A DNA stretch of 64,000 nucleotides from Moniliella sp. 'wahieum' (taxonomy: Eukaryota), in NCBI GenBank assembly GCA_003971905.1, contig RSEE01000018.1, positions 372,001-436,000 on the forward strand. The letters are read 5' to 3'. Made by a program: the position numbers and the translations under genes. Positions 60,819 through 64,000 of this stretch are shown here, one piece after another (the stretch's first letter is position 1; every line of letters begins with the position of its first letter). The notes beneath the pieces were generated by a model that ran no database searches, was not told where the DNA came from, and worked only from the letters and a program-made list of their open reading frames with translations.

Positions 60819-63811
60819 CTAGAACGATACTGTAGGATAGTCGCCAGGCCCAGATACAGGGAGGCGGCCGTAAAGCGGGGTAAATAGGTCCTCCATCGGC
60901 GACGTGTCGCTGAGCGTGACTGCGGGCAGAGGCAGCGCTTCCCCCCTACCCCCTTGGCCAATCGGCATGGGAGATTGAGAAATGATAGAGGCCCTTCGGG
61001 TGGCAGTGGTCTCTTCTTCTGGCAATGCCACGGTGGGCATCGGGGTGGAGTGGAAACTGAAGTCGCGTAAGCTGTCTGATAGAGCTGTACTCGTGGGGGT
61101 GGGCAAGGGAAAGAGCGAATGGCCCGATCCTCGGTCGTTCGTCTGACCTAAAAATCGAGGCGGCGATCCAAAAGGGGTGGTGGAAAGGGGTGAAGGAGAT
61201 GAGGCCAACTGGAAGTCCGACATGGCCCTTGACAGAGGGAGCGGTTGTTTCTCTTCTTCCCGCGGGGTTTGGAGGAATGGAATGGGGGTGGTGGGCAAAC
61301 TGCTGCCGTCCAAGGGAGACGGCATTGCTCGTTCAGGGCGCAAAGACCAAAGACCCTCTGCACCTTCTGGATGTAGACCGTTGGAACTAGGCAAGCTGAG
61401 TCCTGACGGTTGCTGCTGTGTCGCAGCCATACCGATCCCAGCACCCATCAGGTACTCCATTGGTTTGGGTGAGATGGACAGGCGGGATGGGTAGCTTGTC
61501 GGCGGCTGATAGTCCCGCGTCGCATTTGACAACGTCCGCTTGCGCAATAGGGTTGGCATCGCCTGCAAGTGAGCCTGGGGCGATAAGTGCAGTGAGGGGT
61601 CTGAAGGCGGCGAGAGGAGGCCAGCATGCAGATGCCCCTGCACCGAGAGCGAATGGGATTGGTTCTGCCCGGGTCTCTCCAGCGGATCTATCCCATTGGC
61701 GATCGACGTAGACTGCGAGGGTTCCGGCGCACTGGACGACGGAGGGATAGAGGACATACCGTCAAAAGAGGGCATGCCCTGCATTGGCAAATTCAGCGAC
61801 AATGCGTTAGACGACGACACTGAGACAGCCATGTCGGGCGCCCCTGGGGCAAAGAGGGGAGGCGCGGGCAAGAGTTGCTGGTATTTTATAGGGTATGAAG
61901 CCGTGGGCAAAGCACTGGTCATTGTTTGTGTTGTATCCATCGATCCATGTAACCCGTTAGCACGCGCTGTCGTAGGCCGCGTGAGAAGAGAGATGCGTGC
62001 TGCAGGTGAGGACTGCGACGGGGTGGGTTCCATGCACTCAAGATCCCAAGCCAGAACCAGTTGCACCGTGCCAACTTTCTGACCAGATGAAAGCTCGTCG
62101 TCTCCCTCCGACACCTTGTTGTACGATTGGGGAAGCATTGGTTCATTGGCCACGACGAATTCTTGGATCAGCGAGATGCCAGCAACGGCCATTGCGAGGG
62201 CAGCGCGTTCGCTTGGTTCTTTGCCAAACGTTGCTGATTCATTGGGCTTCTGGTAGTTGACGGGATGGTTCCGACTCAACAAGTCGGCCCAAAAGTCGGT
62301 GGCAAAGGGGGCATAGTGCATGTAGGAATACTGAGGAGCTCCTTCCCCTGCCTTGTCCGTGGTCGACTGAGTGGAGATGTGCCTTGGATGATCCAGGGGC
62401 TCAATGAGAGAAAGAATGCGTTTGCCGTGGGAAAAGACAGTGGTAACGGATGTGAGCCGGCGCGAATCGGTGCTGCTGATAGTCAGCTGGGTGCTGAACT
62501 GGTCGAAGTCAGAGAAAAACGTCGGCCTGCGGGATGCTGAGGGGGGCGTAGATGTGAAGGAAGGGGCAAGACATTCGGTCGAACATGTGGAGCAACTGGG
62601 GAAACCGGACTTGGCCCAAATGTATTGTGTCGATACTCTTGCTCCCGCCAATCAGGCTGGTGCAGGGAACAGCACCGGGATCCATGGTAGTGTACATGTG
62701 CCGGTCCTCACTGTCGCTGCAGTGAACCCACATGGAAAAGCTCGAGGGGATCATGTTTGGCATTTGGTCCGGCGTGGGAGGCGCAGTGAGGGTAGGGTCC
62801 GTAAAACGAGTAACGTTGCCCTTGATCGTTTCGGTCGCGTTTTCCCAGCCCGGAACACCATATGGGCCACTCAGGCCGCCGTACCCTGAACTAGCCAGCG
62901 TAAGAGCATATATCCCATCCACCCGCCGGTACATAGAAGTCATCTTCGGAACGTGGTTCGGCGATGAGGTGCAGAAACTCAACGTCATCTTTACGTACAT
63001 TCTTGAGGACTTGGATGTGGCTCGACACCTGCTTGCGTGTGCGTTGTTTGCCCGTCTTGCGATGAATATAGTCAGCAATGAGCTCGTTGCGCCCACAGGC
63101 CTTGCCATGCACCAACACTTTGCGTCTCCCAAGTTTGGGGATGAATCGAAGCGCTGGTAAATATAAAATAAAGGTCAATGGTGAGTCTACAAAAGACAGC
63201 GGAGAAACACTCTGTTCGTTACTTACCCTCCCAAAACGCCACTTCAACATCGTCAGGCCATACATCCGTGTTCTTCGCAATCGTACCCTTGTGGACGCTG
63301 ACTTAATAGGGGTACTATTAGGCGTCGTTTGGTCCGGCAGATTAGGTTGCGAAGGTGGAACGGTAGAGCCCCCCTCAGAAGTAGTAGGATCCACTTGGGT
63401 GGATGGCGCAGGGTCAGGGGCAGGAGGGGGGTGCTTGGATCAGGGTCGGCTTTTCCGTCGGGGGGTTGGAGAGATGATGTGGATGAGCTGACCGTGGGGG
63501 CGAAGGCATCTTCCAAGCTGCTGGTGCTGGTACTGGGAGTGACCCCTGCCGTATCGACGGAAGCATGGGTGCGCCGGCGCTTATGGGTCGTGGCAGCCCG
63601 CATAGTCAGGTCGGGGTCGAGGCTGAGGTCGAGCTGAGTGGCCGGAGCGGCCGGGGCGTCCGGCACAGCTTCCTGGGTAAGGGCAGACGAGGGAGAAGGC
63701 GATATGTGGGCAGCAAGGCAGAAAGGAGGTCCTGGGGCGTGGCCGCTGTGCAGGCGGCGCAGAAGCTGTGGTTGCAGCGGGATCCGATGACGGCAGCCAC
63801 GGTTCAGGCAT
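60819..63811 (-). CDS. TEA/ATTS-domain transcription factor (Tec1/AbaA/TEAD family)
   Basis: [64 protein letters not shown] is the canonical TEA domain. Intron 63154-63226 (GTAAGT..CAG). The start codon is uncertain. Confidence 0.95.
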
Positions 63812-64000
63812 AGCAGCGGCAGGCGGGGGGCTGGGAAAAGGGAGCGTTGGCGGTGAACGCTGAACGTTGGCAGTGCCGTGGGGGAGAGGGGAGGCGTAAG
63901 ACGACGAGCCACGAGAGGGAAGCGATGGAGGTGGAGCAGAGGAGGCAGGGGAGGTACACAGAGAGGGGACCGCAGACGGAGCAGACGGGGGAGGGGGCAG

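Overview
GC-rich eukaryotic DNA, most likely from a basidiomycete fungus (short GT-AG introns with CTRAC branch points, fungal gene families). Nearly every conserved gene carries several small frameshifts, which most likely reflect an unpolished long-read assembly, so gene models were stitched by eye across frames and boundaries are approximate. Recognisable genes in order: a giant Ser/Pro/Arg-rich orphan (+), an MFS sugar porter (-), complex I subunit NDUFS5 (+, with micro-exons), mitoribosomal mL43/MRPL51 (-), riboflavin kinase FMN1 (+), a TPP1/Tpz1/Est3-type OB-fold protein with a long repeat-rich tail (-), a membrane-anchored GH5 glucanase (-), an RBBP4/Hat2 WD40 protein (-), a DUF1765/Ahk1-like protein (-), a C2H2 zinc-finger factor (+), a Sec7-PH Arf-GEF (+), a degenerate repeat block with a Ty3/Gypsy relic lacking RT/RNase H, and a TEA/ATTS transcription factor (-). 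No rRNA, tRNA or CRISPR array was found. The two strongest unexplained observations are (1) intergenic 7-bp tandem repeats built from an A-N4-T palindromic hexamer plus one base, with all 12 non-pure-AT hexamers represented, and (2) a TEAD-like YAP-binding-domain signature in the fungal TEA protein. All homology calls are from recalled motifs; no search was run.
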